Part shown: in pieces, positions 11,511 to 25,375 of the stretch | Numbering within the stretch: the stretch's first letter is position 1 | Layout of the letters: each line of letters begins with the position of its first letter | From: Eledone cirrhosa | Lineage: Eukaryota | NCBI GenBank assembly: GCA_964016885.1 | Contig: OZ024740.1 | Span: 286,254,001 to 286,318,000 of the forward strand | DNA length: 64,000 nucleotides | Direction: 5' to 3' | Translations under genes and position numbers: made by a program | Notes under the pieces: model-generated | The model's database searches: none | Told to the model about the DNA's origin: nothing | The model's input: only the letters and a program-made list of their open reading frames with translations

Positions 11511-13139
11511 TTTCCCATAAATGAAAATTTGACAATAACATTCAATGAGAAAGGGAATAAAAGAAGAGAGAGATAGGGGAGGGGGAGAGAGAGAGAGAAG
11601 ACTGGTAACTTATCATTTGATGATTATGATAATGAGATTATGCTAACTAAAAAGGCCAGAGTTTTAAAAAAAAATCTTCTTTTCAGCTTGGAAGCATGGA
11701 AAGATATAGAGCTGTAAATTCTACAGGCAAAAGCCATTATAATTCTGAGAAAACAACAAATATACATTTATGAAAACAAGCTTACTAATAATTGTTTCTA
11801 CTTTTGGCACAAGGCCAGCAATTATCCCAGCGTATTACTGGTACTTTATTTTATCGACCCCGTAAGGATGAAAGGCAAACAAGCTTACTAATAATATTCC
11901 ACCACTTAACTCTCTGTTATGTAAAATATAAAGTTTTGACAAATGTATTATCAGAACACTATCAATGTGTAGAAACTATATCACCTACTTTACTTTATAT
12001 AACAATTGCTGTTTGACTTTAATCCATTAGGTACACAGAATAAAGAAGTTCAATAAACGTTTTAGTTTTCTCCATTAGGGCTCAAATAGTTGAAGAGTTT
12101 ATGTGTTCTATAGTAATAGAATCTCAAGTTATTGATGAGAGTTTGTAGGTCACGTAAGATTTCATGGCCACTCAGTCATCTCTTGTGAGTTAATCAATGT
12201 ATGAAGTTAGGAAACATCTGGAGTTAATGATGAGGTAGGTGCAGGTCTAGTATTGTTTGAATATAATTGGAGCAATCTCTTTCACTAGACACATTTCTGT
12301 GTATGTTATTTGTATCTGAGATATAACTTCATTTAGCATAAAACTGAATTGAAAATCTTAGCTTGATAATTTTTAATTTGATCTATATTTTCTGAATCAG
12401 TATTTTTATTATTCATTAAGTTTATTAATCCCTTTGATACCAAGCCATCTCAAACTGGTTTTGTTTTTAAGATATAACACAGTTTATTTTAATGTTTATA
12501 TTCAGCTAAAAACATTCCATCATAAGTTTATATAAGAACCTTTGTGAAGTTATGTTCCAAGTATCAACTTATATTACTAAACATCTCCAAATTCTTGATT
12601 ATTTTCCAAATGATTTGAACATCATTGATAGTCTATTTTGTTAGGAATATGGTAATGAAAGGTTTAAACTTGTGGAATTTTAAATCAATATATTCATATT
12701 TGAACAGTGCAAAGGAATTGAATACATTACCATAAGACAATTAGTTCACCAGCTTGTAGTTCACCAGCTTGTGTTCATTGACCAATGGGATGAGAACTTC
12801 TAAAGTAAAAGAAGAAATGCAAATTCTTGAATTATTATCATGATTAAGTTTTACACAAGGGCATACATTACATAACAATATGGCCACAAAAAGGTTTAAA
12901 AAATATTTACTTTTAACACCTTTGACCATATTTATAATGAAATGTATTGTATGTCAATTAATTAATAAAGAATTTGAGGGATTTACTCAAATTATTTCGT
13001 TACATAACAAATGGTTTTTATATCGTTACATAACAAATGGTTTTTATATCAAATTATGTAGGGAAGTTTTAATTCAAATATATACTCATTAAAATGGGTA
13101 GTTCTGTTTCATAGAACCAGATGTAATTTTCCAACTTAT

Positions 13140-13830
13140 CTATCTATATAATACATATATGTTCTACTTTTGACTTTATATACAGTATATATATTCAATT
13201 TATTTCAATAGAAAGTCTGAATTTTGACACATCAACCATACTCACTGAACCAGAACAATTCTCCCCATCCCTTTTTTCTTGACCATTATCTTTTGTTTGG
13301 CACAAAACTCTCTATGACAAATCATGAGACTGTGAAAACGGCTACAAAGAACCCCCAAATACGAACTGGTGCGAAATTTAATGTACTTATTCATGCGACA
13401 GTCATAAGCAATCAAAATACATTTATAAAAAAACAACATTTTGAGCCCCTTTTTAAGTGAAAATGACAATAAAGAACCCTCAAACGCGAAAGCTGATGTG
13501 CTTATTCACGTGACTGTCATCAACCAATCAAATTTCACTTATATATGAAAAAACAATTTGAGTTCCCTTTTTTTTAAAGGCAAATACAATAAAAACTTTG
13601 TAACAAAATTTATTATACTTATTCATGTGACAGTCATCAACCAACCAAATTACTTTTCTAAAAAACCTAGCATTTCGAGCCACTTTTTTCCACATAAAAC
13701 AGAAGTAACATTTGAACACCAACCAGATGCGAGAGAAACCATAAACCCTCCAGCTCAATTCTACTTTTGAAAAAAGCATAAGAACTGTGAAACTGGTAAA
13801 GGAAACAAATAAATATTCTTAAAAAGACTC
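13140..13830 (+). repeat. Diverged ~115-bp tandem units, possibly inside a non-autonomous Helitron
   Basis: ttattca(t/c)g(c/t)gac(a/t)gtcat..caa(t/c)caaa recurs near 13387, 13502 and 13619; preceded by a tctatataata start. Confidence 0.45.
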
Positions 13831-13984
13831 CAGTTGCATTTCCAATTTCATTTTTTTCTTTATATTTTCACTCGTGTAGGACATCTCTCTTTTTTTCATC
13901 TAAAAAAAACCCCTCATTTTCTTACATGTAGCAGCTGCTCTGGAACAGCAAACAGCAAATGGCCACAGGAAACAAGCATCACCA

Positions 13985-14840
13985 AACTCTGTAGAAACAG
14001 TAGACAGCTTTTGCTACTTAGGTGACCGAATTAACAGTGGAGGTGGGTGTTCGGAAAGTACAGTAACCAGGGTAAGAACGGGATGGAAGAAGTTCAGGGA
14101 GCTACTGCCACTGCTAGATGCAAAAGGCTTTTCCCTCAAAATGAAAGGCAGACTGTATGATGCGTGCATATGAACAGGAATGTTATATGGTAGTGAGACT
14201 TGGGCATTGTGTGTAGAAGACTTGCGTAGATTAGAAAGAAACGAAGCCTGCATGCTCCGATGGATGTGTAATAGTAATATACGCAAACAGCAAAGCATAA
14301 ACGAATTGAGAGAGAGACTGAGCATAAGAGGAACCAAATGCTGTGTGCAGGAGAGGAGGTTGCATTGGTATGGACATGTGATGCATTTGAAGGATGACAG
14401 CTGTATAAAAAGGTGCAGATCACTTGAAGTCGATGGAAGCCGTGGAGTGGGGAGACCTTACCCAATTGCAGCTCTCAAAGGCAGTGACACAAGACTGTGA
14501 CCTCTGGCCTAATGCAGTAATACAGAAGATCCAACTTCCCACGGGTACAAGCCGAAGCTGAAGCATATAGACAATATGCCCCCACTACAAAGTGGTCGTG
14601 GAGGTGCCACGGCAAAAAAGCAGCCAGCCCACACTGTAAAGTGGACATGTAGGCACCATGGAAAAAAAGCACCCAGCACTCACTGTAAATGAAGTTGGTG
14701 TTAGGAAGGGCATCCAGCTGTAGAAATCAAGCCAGAATCAGTTCCCGTATGAGCAAGACAAGGTCAGCCGACCGGACACTGCCTACCACAGGACAATCCG
14801 TCTAGCCCTTGCTAGCGTGGAAGAATGGACGTAAAATGAT
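13985..14840 (+). mobile_element. RTE-type LINE 3' fragment with tail
   Basis: FCYLGD, MLYGSETWALC and RRLHWYGHVMH, then the family 3' tail. Confidence 0.85.
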
Positions 14841-14841
14841 A

Positions 14842-15043
14842 TACGAGGGTTGGCTGAAAAGTTCATAGGCAGACTATGAAGGAGTGATGCTAGAGCTGTG
14901 AAATCTTGTACGCATTAATTTTAACTCTTCTTATTAATAACAGTATTGTTTCTTTCCAGGGACTATGTTGAAAAATAAACCTCATTTGGTCATTCCATGA
15001 GAGTATCTTGGTCAGCCAATGAACTTTTCAGCCGAACCTCGCA
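14842..15043. mobile_element. Tc1/mariner-type MITE
   Basis: TA-cgagggttggctgaaaagttcat...atgaacttttcagccgaacctcg inverted ends. Confidence 0.8.
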
Positions 15044-15054
15044 TATATATATAT

Positions 15055-17250
15055 CATCATCATTGTTTAACATCCATTTTCAATGCTAGTTGTGAGACAA
15101 GCCAGGTTGGAGGACAGTGTTTTACTCACACAGAACTCATTTTGGCTTAGTTTCTAGGCTGGATGCCCTCCCTAATACCAACCACATTTAGAGTGTGTGC
15201 TGGGTGCTTTTTGTCATGTCACTTACATGACCACATTACAGTGTGGACTGGGCACTTTTTGTCGAGGTACCTACACGACCACTTTACAATGTGGACTAGG
15301 CACCTTTGTCATGTCATCGACACAACCACTTTACAGTGGAGCGTAGGCACTTTTGTCTTGGGACGAGGGAGGGAGGAGGAAGCTTGGGGGAAAATGTGGA
15401 CAGGGTAGTAGAGGAGGTATGGTTACTGCTAAGAGAAGTGAATGAGAGGGGATAGAAAGTTGAGGAAGGTGTTGCCTACTAGGTATAAGCCTCATGCAGA
15501 GAATAATAGAGGGCAGGGTCTTCTGTAAAACTGCATAGCACCAGAGGTCGCGGTCCTGTGTCATTGCTTTGAGAGGTGTAATTGTGCAAGGTCAGCTTTA
15601 ATTACCTCGTCCCAAGTCTTCCTAGGCCTGTCCACACCACGGCCATCAATGACTTTGAGAGTGCTCTGCACTTTATTATACAGCTGTCATCCTTCATACT
15701 CATCACATGTCCATACCAATGCAATCTCCTCTCCTGCATGCAACAACTGATCCCGCTTATGCCTAATTTCTCACTCAGTATATTTATACTTTGCCGTTCA
15801 CGTATATTACTATTGCACATCCAGCAAATCATGGAGGCTTCATTTCTTTCCAATCTTCGCAGGTCCTCAGCACACAGTGCCAAGGTTTCGCTGCTGTGCA
15901 ACATTGTTGTTTGTATACATGCATCATAGTCTGCCTTTCATTTTGAGAGAAAAACCTTTTGTAGTTAGTAACGGTAGTAGCTCCCTGAACTTTTTCCAGC
16001 CTGATCTCACTCTGGTTAATGTGCTTTCAGAACCCCCTCCCCCATACTGATTTGGTCACCCAGTTAACGGAAACTATCTACCACTTCAACCGAGCCATCT
16101 GAGCATTTGAAGGTGGTTGTATCTTGAGGGTTCTTGCTACTTACTGCCCGTGTACCTGCCACAAATAAAACCTACATTCTTTGTTAGCCTGCCTGAGATC
16201 CCACTATATTTCTTGTGTACCCATTACTTTCATTTGGTACATAAAATGGAATTTCTACCTACACCTTTTCTGCACACTGAGCAGGGCATTTCCCAGAGGA
16301 GATCTGGGTCCTGTTATCCCTTCTACTTACTAGGACTTTAGTCTTTGCCAGGTTGACTTTAAGACCTTTCGATTCTAAGCCTTGCTTCAAGGTTTGGAAT
16401 TTCATCTCTAATTCAGCTATAGATTTGGCTAAAAGGGTTAGGTCATCAGCATACAGTAGTTCCTATAGGCAGCCGGTCTTAAACTCCTCCGTTACTTCCT
16501 GCAGAATGATAATAAACAGAAGAGTGCTAAGAACAGACCCCTGATAGACACCAACCTGCACGCTAAATTCTTCACTATAGTCATTGTTAATTCTAACCTT
16601 ACTGGCTGTTCTTCTATACATTGCTTGAATTGCCCTCACAAGTCATTTGTCAACTCCTAGTTTCTTAAGAGCCCACCAGATAATGGAATGGGGGACTCTG
16701 TCAAAAGCTTTTTCAAGGTTGACAAAAGCCAGGTAGAGGGGTTTACTCTTAGCTAGGTACTCTCCTGCAGTTGTCTAACAAGGAAGAGGGCATCTGTGAT
16801 ACTCTTACCTGGGACAAATCCAAACTGCATCTCATCTATGTTAACACGTTCTCTAATCAACTGAGCTAAGACTCTTTCAGTGACCTTCATAACCTAGACA
16901 ACCAACTTAATGCCTCTATAGTTTTCTCTATCTAGGGCATCTCCTTTGCCCTTGTAGCAGTTTACAAAGATGCTGCTACACCAGTCATTGGGTATCACAC
17001 CATTTTGTATGACTTGGTTTACAATGTGGGAGACTATGGTGTGGCCCACCATACCTGAAGTTTTCAGCATCTCAGTAACTATTCCTGAGAGAGCAACTGC
17101 TCTGCCTGACTTACTATACTACCAGTAACTTGTACAGCCGGTCCCTCTGTTGGGTCGACATGTGACAGACTATCTTTATCCCATGAATTCTACTCATTCA
17201 GTAATCTTTCATAGTGGCACTTCCATGCTACCTTCTTTTCAGCATCAGTT
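15055..17250 (-). mobile_element. RTE-type LINE, ~2.2 kb, 5'-truncated
   Basis: Minus strand reads through AFVNLEKAFDRVP, GSVLS, ELLYADDL and RRLHWYGH to the tail, with stops and frameshifts. Confidence 0.9.
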
Positions 17251-17302
17251 TTTCATACCTTCAGATTCAATAAAATAGTAGATAGTATATAACACTATAA
17301 GC

Positions 17303-17470
17303 CAGTAGTTCCCAACCCTTTCTCAACCAAGAACCACATAAATCAAAATGGTTTTTCTCAAAAACCACAAGCATTTGAAAAGTCTGTCTGCTCAACAAGC
17401 TCACAGACCTCCAGTACTACCTTAGTGGACTAGCTGGAGCCTGCAGACCACAGGTCGAGAACTTCCACTA
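17303..17470. mobile_element. hAT-type MITE
   Basis: cagtagttcccaacc start; the 8-mer ctataagc is repeated on both sides. Confidence 0.55.
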
Positions 17471-17494
17471 TAAGCTGTAAATGACCAAGTCAAT

Positions 17495-17684
17495 ATAATT
17501 GTTTCTACCTTTGGCACCAGGCCAGCAATTATCCCAGTGCATTACTGGTACTTTATTTTATCCACCCCGTAAGGATGAAAGGCAAAGTTAACCTCGGCGG
17601 GATTTGAACTCAGATCATAAAGGGAAGTGACTCTATGCTTCAAAGGATGGCGCCCGACCCTCTACTGATACTGCCAATCCACCA
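17495..17684 (-). mobile_element. SINE family A
   Basis: Full-length reverse-complement match; caagtcaatataat occurs on both flanks (TSD-like). Confidence 0.85.
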
Positions 17685-18559
17685 AGTCAATATAATGGCA
17701 GGCTACAAGTCACAGAGGGAGTAGATTGAATCTTCTCACTGTTCACTGTATTTGTAAAGTGGTCAGGTAGGTGTCATGACAAAAAACACCCAGTTCACAC
17801 TGTAAATGAGGTTGGTATTAGGACGGGCATCTAGCTGTAGAAATCGAGCCAAAATCAGTCCTGTATGAGCAAGACAAGGTCACTTGACCTGGCATTGCCC
17901 ACAACAGGACAACCCATCTAACCCATGCTAGCGCAGAAGAATCGATGTAAAACGGTGATGATGATACTTAAACAATGGCTTAGTCAACTTGGCTATAATA
18001 ATTCATCGTAGTAAACAATGTTTACAAACTGATATTTTGAGGCCATTATCTCAGCTAAACTTGGAGTAATCCTTGTGAGGCCCCATGAAAGACATCATGG
18101 TTCCCCACCTTTTGAGGCAATGTTTTATGGTCAGATGCTTTCCTGCTATCAACCCTTTTAGTTTCCTCTCATGAGATGCTGGGATATGGTATACCGATTC
18201 TAAAACTGGCAGGGTAACACTGTAAATAGTAGACAGTGTTAGTGTTGTATAATAATTCACAGGCATTTTGTCAACTCATTGTATTGAGTTCAACACCTCC
18301 AGATGGCCTTCACTAAGCTGATTTGTTCTAAGTATAGAGCAGTAAATATAACAACCAGTTTTATGTAATGCCCTATTGATTTATTGGGTAATGAAATCAT
18401 AATTATAGCTATAATCAATTCACTTGTATAAAGCCACACCCTAAACAAAATAATCTTATAACACAAACAAAAATCTTATAACATAAACAAAAAAGAAATA
18501 AAAAGAAAAAATATTCACATATCAACAATTCCCAGATATAATTATTTACATGTAATAAT

Positions 18560-18950
18560 GTTCAAATGTAAAGAATTTTCAGAGACTGCTCCATCTTTTA
18601 ATTTTGGTATTTTCTTCCCAAATATGCATAGTAAGAATTATTCTGGTAGAGATCTCCCACAAGAGGTCTGAAATCATCTCATCTTTTGCACAGAAGCAGT
18701 GACCAGGAAACCTTGTACAATGTTCAATCAGTCGTGTACTTATTTTGGACATTTTTCTGTATATCTAATTAAGCATGGGATGGGTCTATCAAAGAATATT
18801 TTTAGCCTTTCTGAGAAGGGTAGTCTAACATCCATCTAAACAGCTCTGTAGATAGGAGTGCAAAGTCCAAGAACCATAGAGAAGGATAGGTTCTACTGTT
18901 GCTCTGAACAGAAAGCTCAGATACCAGGATATCATAGCAAGAGATACTGG
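18560..18950 (-). mobile_element. LINE C-terminal fragment, decayed
   Basis: FRATVEPILLYGSWTL...CLDGC, followed by FxGHC-like remnants. Confidence 0.55.
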
Positions 18951-20287
18951 AATTGACAAGGATGAGAAACAGAGACTGTTGGCATGAAGTTGTTCTTGCT
19001 GTCTCACCAATGGATAAGATAAGATAAAAATTATTAACAATAAGTGTTATACATCCTTATTTCAGATATGCAGCCATCACTCTCTCTCTTTCTTTGGTAT
19101 CCATATTTCCCAAGAGACAATGGAGTTTGTACCATTGGTCAGTCAGGATTATTTATGTTGTAGTGCCTGCCATGACTGTATTAGACCAATCTTATAGCAG
19201 TAAACTTTGTGACAGTTTTTGCATATAAAAGTTGTGGTGACATTTGCACTCACCTCCTTTTCCATTGTTTTACTCTCCTATCATCACTTCTCAGCATGCC
19301 TGACTTCACAATTTTTACCATAATGCAAGTCATAGTTTACCTGCTTAGCTGAAAGAAAATGTTAACCATTTCACATTTCACATCTGCTGGCAGCATTATG
19401 TAAAAGCTATTACATATAACTATTTTAATTGTAAGCTATGTTACCTATTAATTTACTCATTTTACTGTCTACAACATTTGGCAACCTTTTCTCATTTTTT
19501 AAATATTTGTTTATTTGTTTTTATTCTTTGCCTTGCCAATGCAGTCCAAAGATCAGATTTATTTGGATACTGGATAATTTCTTATATTAGACTATATAAT
19601 ATCTACTACATGTCATTTAATCATTTACCAAGTGTATATACCATGTGTATATTTAGTGGGGTGTAAGAGTGAGTTTGTTGTGGTTAGTTTTTTGCTTAGT
19701 TCATTTGTAGTTGGTGTTGTGTGATGAGTTGATGAAGTAATTGAATGAGTGGTTTGTTTGTCAAGGGAGTGAAGTGTGTCTCAATGAGTTGAGAAAATTG
19801 TTGCTGTGAAGTTTTGCCATGGTTGAGGAAACCAGTAGTTGTAGTCACTTGTTGTGGTGATGTGATATTGCTTCAGGGAAGACACTTTTCCCCAATAACA
19901 TTGATATGAATTCACAAATGAACAAGATACTGCTCATTTTTATATGTTTTTATTAGTTGCATGATTTGCTCCAAAATTAAGTGTAGTAATAATGAACAAT
20001 GGAAAAAGTACACATATAACACTGGTGTGTTAGATTGGTTGGATTGTGTGTGTGAATGTAGAATCTAAAAGTAGTGAATTCTACTAACCTTTTGTTGGTA
20101 TACATGGCCAGAACAGCCGACCACATACGTTGGAACTGCCTGACTAGAGTGAAGATGTAAATTGATATTGGGGGTCAACATTTCTTGTATATATAATGAA
20201 TAGGTCCCCAGAAAACATTAAACAGATAACACTTGATAATTTGCTTTTAATCAAAGATCATAAATCTAAACAATGACAGTGCTAGCT

Positions 20288-21620
20288 CATCATCATCCTC
20301 ATTTTTATGTCTATTTTTCCATGTTTTCATGGGTTGGATGGGTCCTTCTCAACACGTTATCTATACTCAAATGTGAGTCTTGGTGATTTGAGATCAGCTC
20401 TCACAACCTCTACCCAGGTCTTCTAGGTCTGCCTCTACTGTGGCTTCTCTCCACTAGCATTTCCTGGCTATTCTTCAACCAATAATCATTGTCTATACAA
20501 ATTCAGTCTTCTTTCTTGCACACTACCTTGGATTCCTCTTAGACCCAGCTTCGTCTCGTCAAAGCTCTGCCTTTGTATCACACATACATTGCACATCCAA
20601 CTGAGCATGGCTGCTTCATTTCTCTCCAGTCTATGCATGTCCTCTGCAGTCACAGCCCATGTTTCACTACTATGTAGCATCACACTTCGCACAAAGTAGT
20701 CCTTTTGTTCACAGGGAGAAACCATTTGTGGTCAACAATAGTAGCTTTCTAAACCTTTTCCATTCTATTCTTATTCTAGCTATTATGCTCTCAGAGTACC
20801 TTCCTCTGTTGCTAATTACATCGCCTATATAGAAAAAGCTATCAACCACTTCTATGGGTCCTTCCTGTGATTGGAATAGGTTTACATCACTGGCTCTCTC
20901 TTTCTCGTTTACCTCTGTGCATCTACATACAAAGTCTTCCCTTCCTGTTAGTCTACCCATTATCCCATTACATATCTTGTGTACCCAAGATTTACATTGT
21001 GTACACTGTATGGAGTTTATGCCTACCCACTTTCTACATATTAAGCAGAGCCACTTCCCTGGAAAAATCAGGGCCCTATCTTCTTTCCTACTCACTAGCA
21101 CTTCAGTTTTGACTAAGTTTACTCTCAAGCCTTTTGTTTCTAAATTCTGTTTCCATTGTCAGAACTTATTTTCTAGTTCTTTAATGGATTCTGCTATAAG
21201 GACCAGATCACCTGAATAGAAAAGTTCCCATTCGCAGCCATTCTTATACTCCTCTGTTATAGCTTGGAGAACTATAATGAATAGTCATGGGCTAAGAACT
21301 GAACCTTGATGAACTCCTACTTGTACCTTCAATTCCTCACTAAACTCCTAAACTCACTATTCTCATTTTGCTGACAGTTTCTCTGTACATGGCTTGCACT
21401 GCTCTTACCAACCATTCTTCTACACCTAATTTCCTTAAGAACCACCAGATAATAGATCGAGGTATTTTGCCAAACACTTTTACTAGATCAATGAAAGCTA
21501 GGTTTAGTGGCTTATTTTTGGCTCTCTTGTAGAACTTCTCTTGTAGCTGCCTCACTAAAAGAAGGCATCTGTAGTACTTTTCCCAGGCATGAAATCAAAC
21601 TGCATCTCATCTAATTTGAC
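20288..21620 (-). mobile_element. RTE-type LINE, diverged
   Basis: ORFs 21340-21555, 20709-21128 and 20486-20725 are consecutive RT/C-terminal pieces. Confidence 0.85.
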
Positions 21621-22607
21621 AGTCAGCTAAATTTAGATACCAAAGTGTTGGCACCTAAGTTTAGCTGAATGAGGTTAAAGGTCAGTGTGTTCATATCGCT
21701 ACATATATATATATAAAATCACTTTTTAAAATATGTATATTTTATCCCTGTGTGTTGTAAGAGGTTGGTGTCAGAAAAGGCAACAGGTTATAAAATACTG
21801 CCTCAAAAAGTCCACTCCAACACGTCAACATGGAAAATCAGATGTTAAAATGATGATGATGTTAGAAGGATGAAAGGTAAAATAACCTAAGTGGGATTTG
21901 AACTGAAAATGTTAAGTTACATAACTAAATACTGCAAGGCATTTTGTCTGGCACACTACTGATTCTGTTAATCCACTTCTCTAGGTTCCAATAATATACT
22001 GGACTTGATTCACTTGGCTATTATCTTACATTACAAAATTGGCTTTGTGCCTAGACCATAAAATGCAATATACTTACATTGAAGAGAAACACTTTTAAAT
22101 AATAGTCTCTTAATTAACTTAATGGATGTTATAATTTCTGAATCTATGTTAACTGTTTCAATGAGACAAAACATTTCACTCAAAATATCTTCATATTCTG
22201 TTATAAACAGATTTTACCTCTATAAGGCCTAGCAATAGGCTAAGATTGGTCTTTTGCTTTACAAGGTTTAAATATAGTTAAATAAGTGTCTGGAAGAGAA
22301 TTAACACGTTATTGCTAGAAGTTAACTACACATACATCCAGAGCCCAGTTTTCAGTCATACAGCAGTGCTAATATGAAGGGTGGCAGAGAGACAAATACA
22401 ATGTTTTGTCATATTTAATTTTGTACCATTTTTTTCTGATTTGAATTTGACTTTCATCCTTCCAGGGTCGAAACAATAAGATTTAATCGACTATATCCAT
22501 CTTGCAGATTTGAATCTAGTGCCTATGTTAGAAACCAGTAAATAACATAAATATAGCAAAATGGACATTAAATGATGATGATGATGTTACTAATTAATGC
22601 CTCGAAT

Positions 22608-24312
22608 TGATCTAGATAAAATGTAGTTTGGGTTTGTGTCAGGTAAAAGTACCACAGACGTTCTTTTCCTTGTATGACAACTACAAGAGAAGTACCTAGC
22701 TAAAAGTAAACGCCTCTACTTAGCTTTTGTAGACCTGGAGAAAGCTTTTGACAGAGTCCCCTGCTCCATTATCTGGTGGGCTCTTAGAAAACTAGGTGTA
22801 GATGAATGGCTTGTGAGAGCTATACAAGCTATGTATAATGAAACAGTCAGTAAGGTTAGAATTAACAATGAATATTGTGAAGAATTTAGTGTAAAAGTTG
22901 GCGTTCATCAAGGCTCTGTACTTAGCCGCCTCTTATTTATTATTGCCCTTCAGGCTATAACAGAGGAGTTCAAGACCGGCTGCCCATAGGAACTCCTTTA
23001 CGCAGATGATCTAACGCTCATAGCAGAATCAATGGCTGAACTAGAGAAGAAATTCGAAACATGGAAGCATGGACTAGAATCAAAAGGCCTTAAAGTTAAC
23101 TTGTCTAAGACTAAAGTTCTAGTTTTTAGAAAGGAAAATAGGGCACAGGTGCCCTCAGGGAAATGGCCATGCTCAGTGTGTAGGAAAGGAGTAGGCAGAA
23201 ATTCCATTTTATGTCCCAAATTCAAAGTATGGGTACATAAAAGATATAGTGGGATCACAGGTAAACTATCTAAGAACGTAGACTTTATATGTGGCCAATG
23301 CTCATGTGCAATAAGTAGCAAGTGTCCAAAGGATATTAGCTCCTTCTATTGCCCAGATGGTTCTATAGAAATAGTAGACGCTTTCCGTTACCTGGGTGAC
23401 GAAATCAGCAGTGGTGGAGGGTGTTCTGAAAGTACAGTAGCCAGAGTCAGAACGGGATGGAAAAAGTTCAGAGAGCTTATACCGCTGTTGGCCACAAAAG
23501 GTTTCTCTCTAAAAATGAAAGGCAGATTGTATGATGCCTGTATACGAACAGCAATGCTACATGGCAGTGAGACATGGGCATTATGTGCAGAGGACCTGCG
23601 TAGACTGCAAAGGAATGAAGCATGCATGCTCCGTTGGATGTGTAATAGTAATATATGTGAACGGCAAAGCATAAATGAACTAAGTGAGAAATTAGGAATA
23701 AGAGGGATCAGATGCTGTTTACTTGAGAGAAGACTACGTTGGTATGGTCACGTGATGCGCATGAAAGACGACAGCTGCATAAAAAAGTGCAGGGCGATCA
23801 AAATTGATGGTAGTTACGGAGTAGGTAGACCCAGAAAAACCTGGGATGAACTGATAAATTCCGACCTCACACACATCTCTCTAAGACAATGTCTCTGGAC
23901 CGAGATCTTTGGCGCTACGCAGTAATACAGAAGACCCGCCTTGCCTATGTACAAAGCGAAACTTACAGTCAGTCGGCACCTCTTAACCAAATATACACCC
24001 CAATCCACTACCCCTACCCTATCCTCCCACTCCCACCAATAGCACGAGAAAATGAGATCGAGATCGTGTAGGTGTCACGACAAAAAAACACAGTCCATGC
24101 TGTAATGTGACCATGTAGGTAACACGGTAAAAAGTTCCCAGTTCCACATTGTAAATGTGGTTGGTGTTAGGAAGGGCATCCAGCCGTAGAAAACATGCCA
24201 GATAGTCCTATATGAGCGAGACACGGTCACCCGACCAGCCTTGCCTCAAGTGGGACAACTCCCATCTAACCCATGCTAGCGTGGAAAATGGACCTTAAAC
24301 GAAGATGATGAT
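22608..24312 (+). mobile_element. RTE-type LINE, 5'-truncated; best-preserved copy
   Basis: AFVDLEKAFDRVP, HQGSVLS and LLYADDL, then the 297-aa ORF at 23032-23925 and a (GAT)n tail. Confidence 0.92.
23032..23925 (+). pseudogene. RTE ORF C-terminal part with PHD-like finger
   Basis: ORF track; an in-frame TAG near 22987 separates it from the RT core. Confidence 0.85.
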
Positions 24313-24392
24313 GAGATAGTTTTAATACTCTTGAGCAAAGGCTTGAATAACACATAATCTAAAATTAATCAGACTCTTATGATGATATGTCA

Positions 24393-24831
24393 TTAACCCT
24401 TGAGCATCTACATTACCCTATATATGCTATTGTATTTTTGTGGTAAAGGCTTTACCTTACATAATTATCTCATATAATATGGAATCTATGAGATTTTGTA
24501 TTTATTTTGTGAATAATACCTTAACCCTTTAGCATTCACATTACTCTATATATACTATTGTATTTTCCTGATAAAGGGTTTACCTCGCATAATTATCTCA
24601 CATAATATCGAATCTATGAGATTTTGAAAGTATTTATTTTGAGAACAATACCTTAACATCAGTTTGAGCGACCAGTTATAGCCAGTTTCAACAGAAAGAG
24701 GTAGAGAATTTTGGCTGGTTTGAACATTAAAGGGTTAATATCAGTATGAGCAGCCAGTTATGACCAGTTTGAACAGAAAGAGGTGAGAGAATTCTGGCTG
24801 GATACAGCCAATTTAAATGCTAAAGGGTTAA
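24393..24831. mobile_element. Two nested piggyBac-like MITEs
   Basis: Outer TTAA-CCCT (24393) to AGGG-TTAA (24831); inner TTAA-CCCT (24521) to AGGG-TTAA (24738). Confidence 0.8.
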
Positions 24832-25184
24832 TGTAACACTGTAGAGATTGGAATTATATATACTAGTATAAAACCCATTGTTTTACAGGTGGAATAACTA
24901 AACTTTAACAGCGCTATGTTTGTGGATAATATATACACATATACAGAGGAAAAGAGAAAGATACACAGACAAACAACACAGATTGGTTTCTGGTATAAAT
25001 TTAAGCATTTCAAAACATTTAATTCCTCACCTTTGTCTTATATTTCTGTTTCTTGAATTCGAAATTAAGATTTTGTGTGACAAATGGACAAAAAGGCTGT
25101 GTAGCTATTATACTATAGATTAATTATATCGTACACAGGCTAGCTTGGTTATTTGTAAACTAATTTAACTTGATTATATTCTAA

Positions 25185-25375
25185 AGGGTGGTGGGTTGGC
25201 AGTGTCGGTAGAGGGTCGGACGCCATGCTTTCCAGCATAGTTATGTCCCTTTACGATCTGAGTTCAAATCCCGCCGAGGTTGACTTTGCCTTTCATCCTT
25301 ACGGGGTCGATAAAATAAAGTACCAGCAATGAACTGGGTAATTGCTGGCCTTGTGCCTAAAGTAGAAACAATTAT
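25185..25375 (+). mobile_element. SINE family A
   Basis: A-box-like tggcagtgtcgg, B-box gagttcaaatccc and the conserved core. Confidence 0.85.

Noticed and set aside
15180-15350. Short repeated units with spacers (cacactgtaaagtgg) resembling a CRISPR array
   Set aside because: They are degenerate subrepeats of the RTE 3' tail in a eukaryotic context, with no cas genes.
22078-22289. Stop-codon recoding or RNA-editing rescue of the exon-like frame
   Set aside because: Five stops, including TAA, fall within about 25 codons; ordinary decay or non-coding status is simpler.
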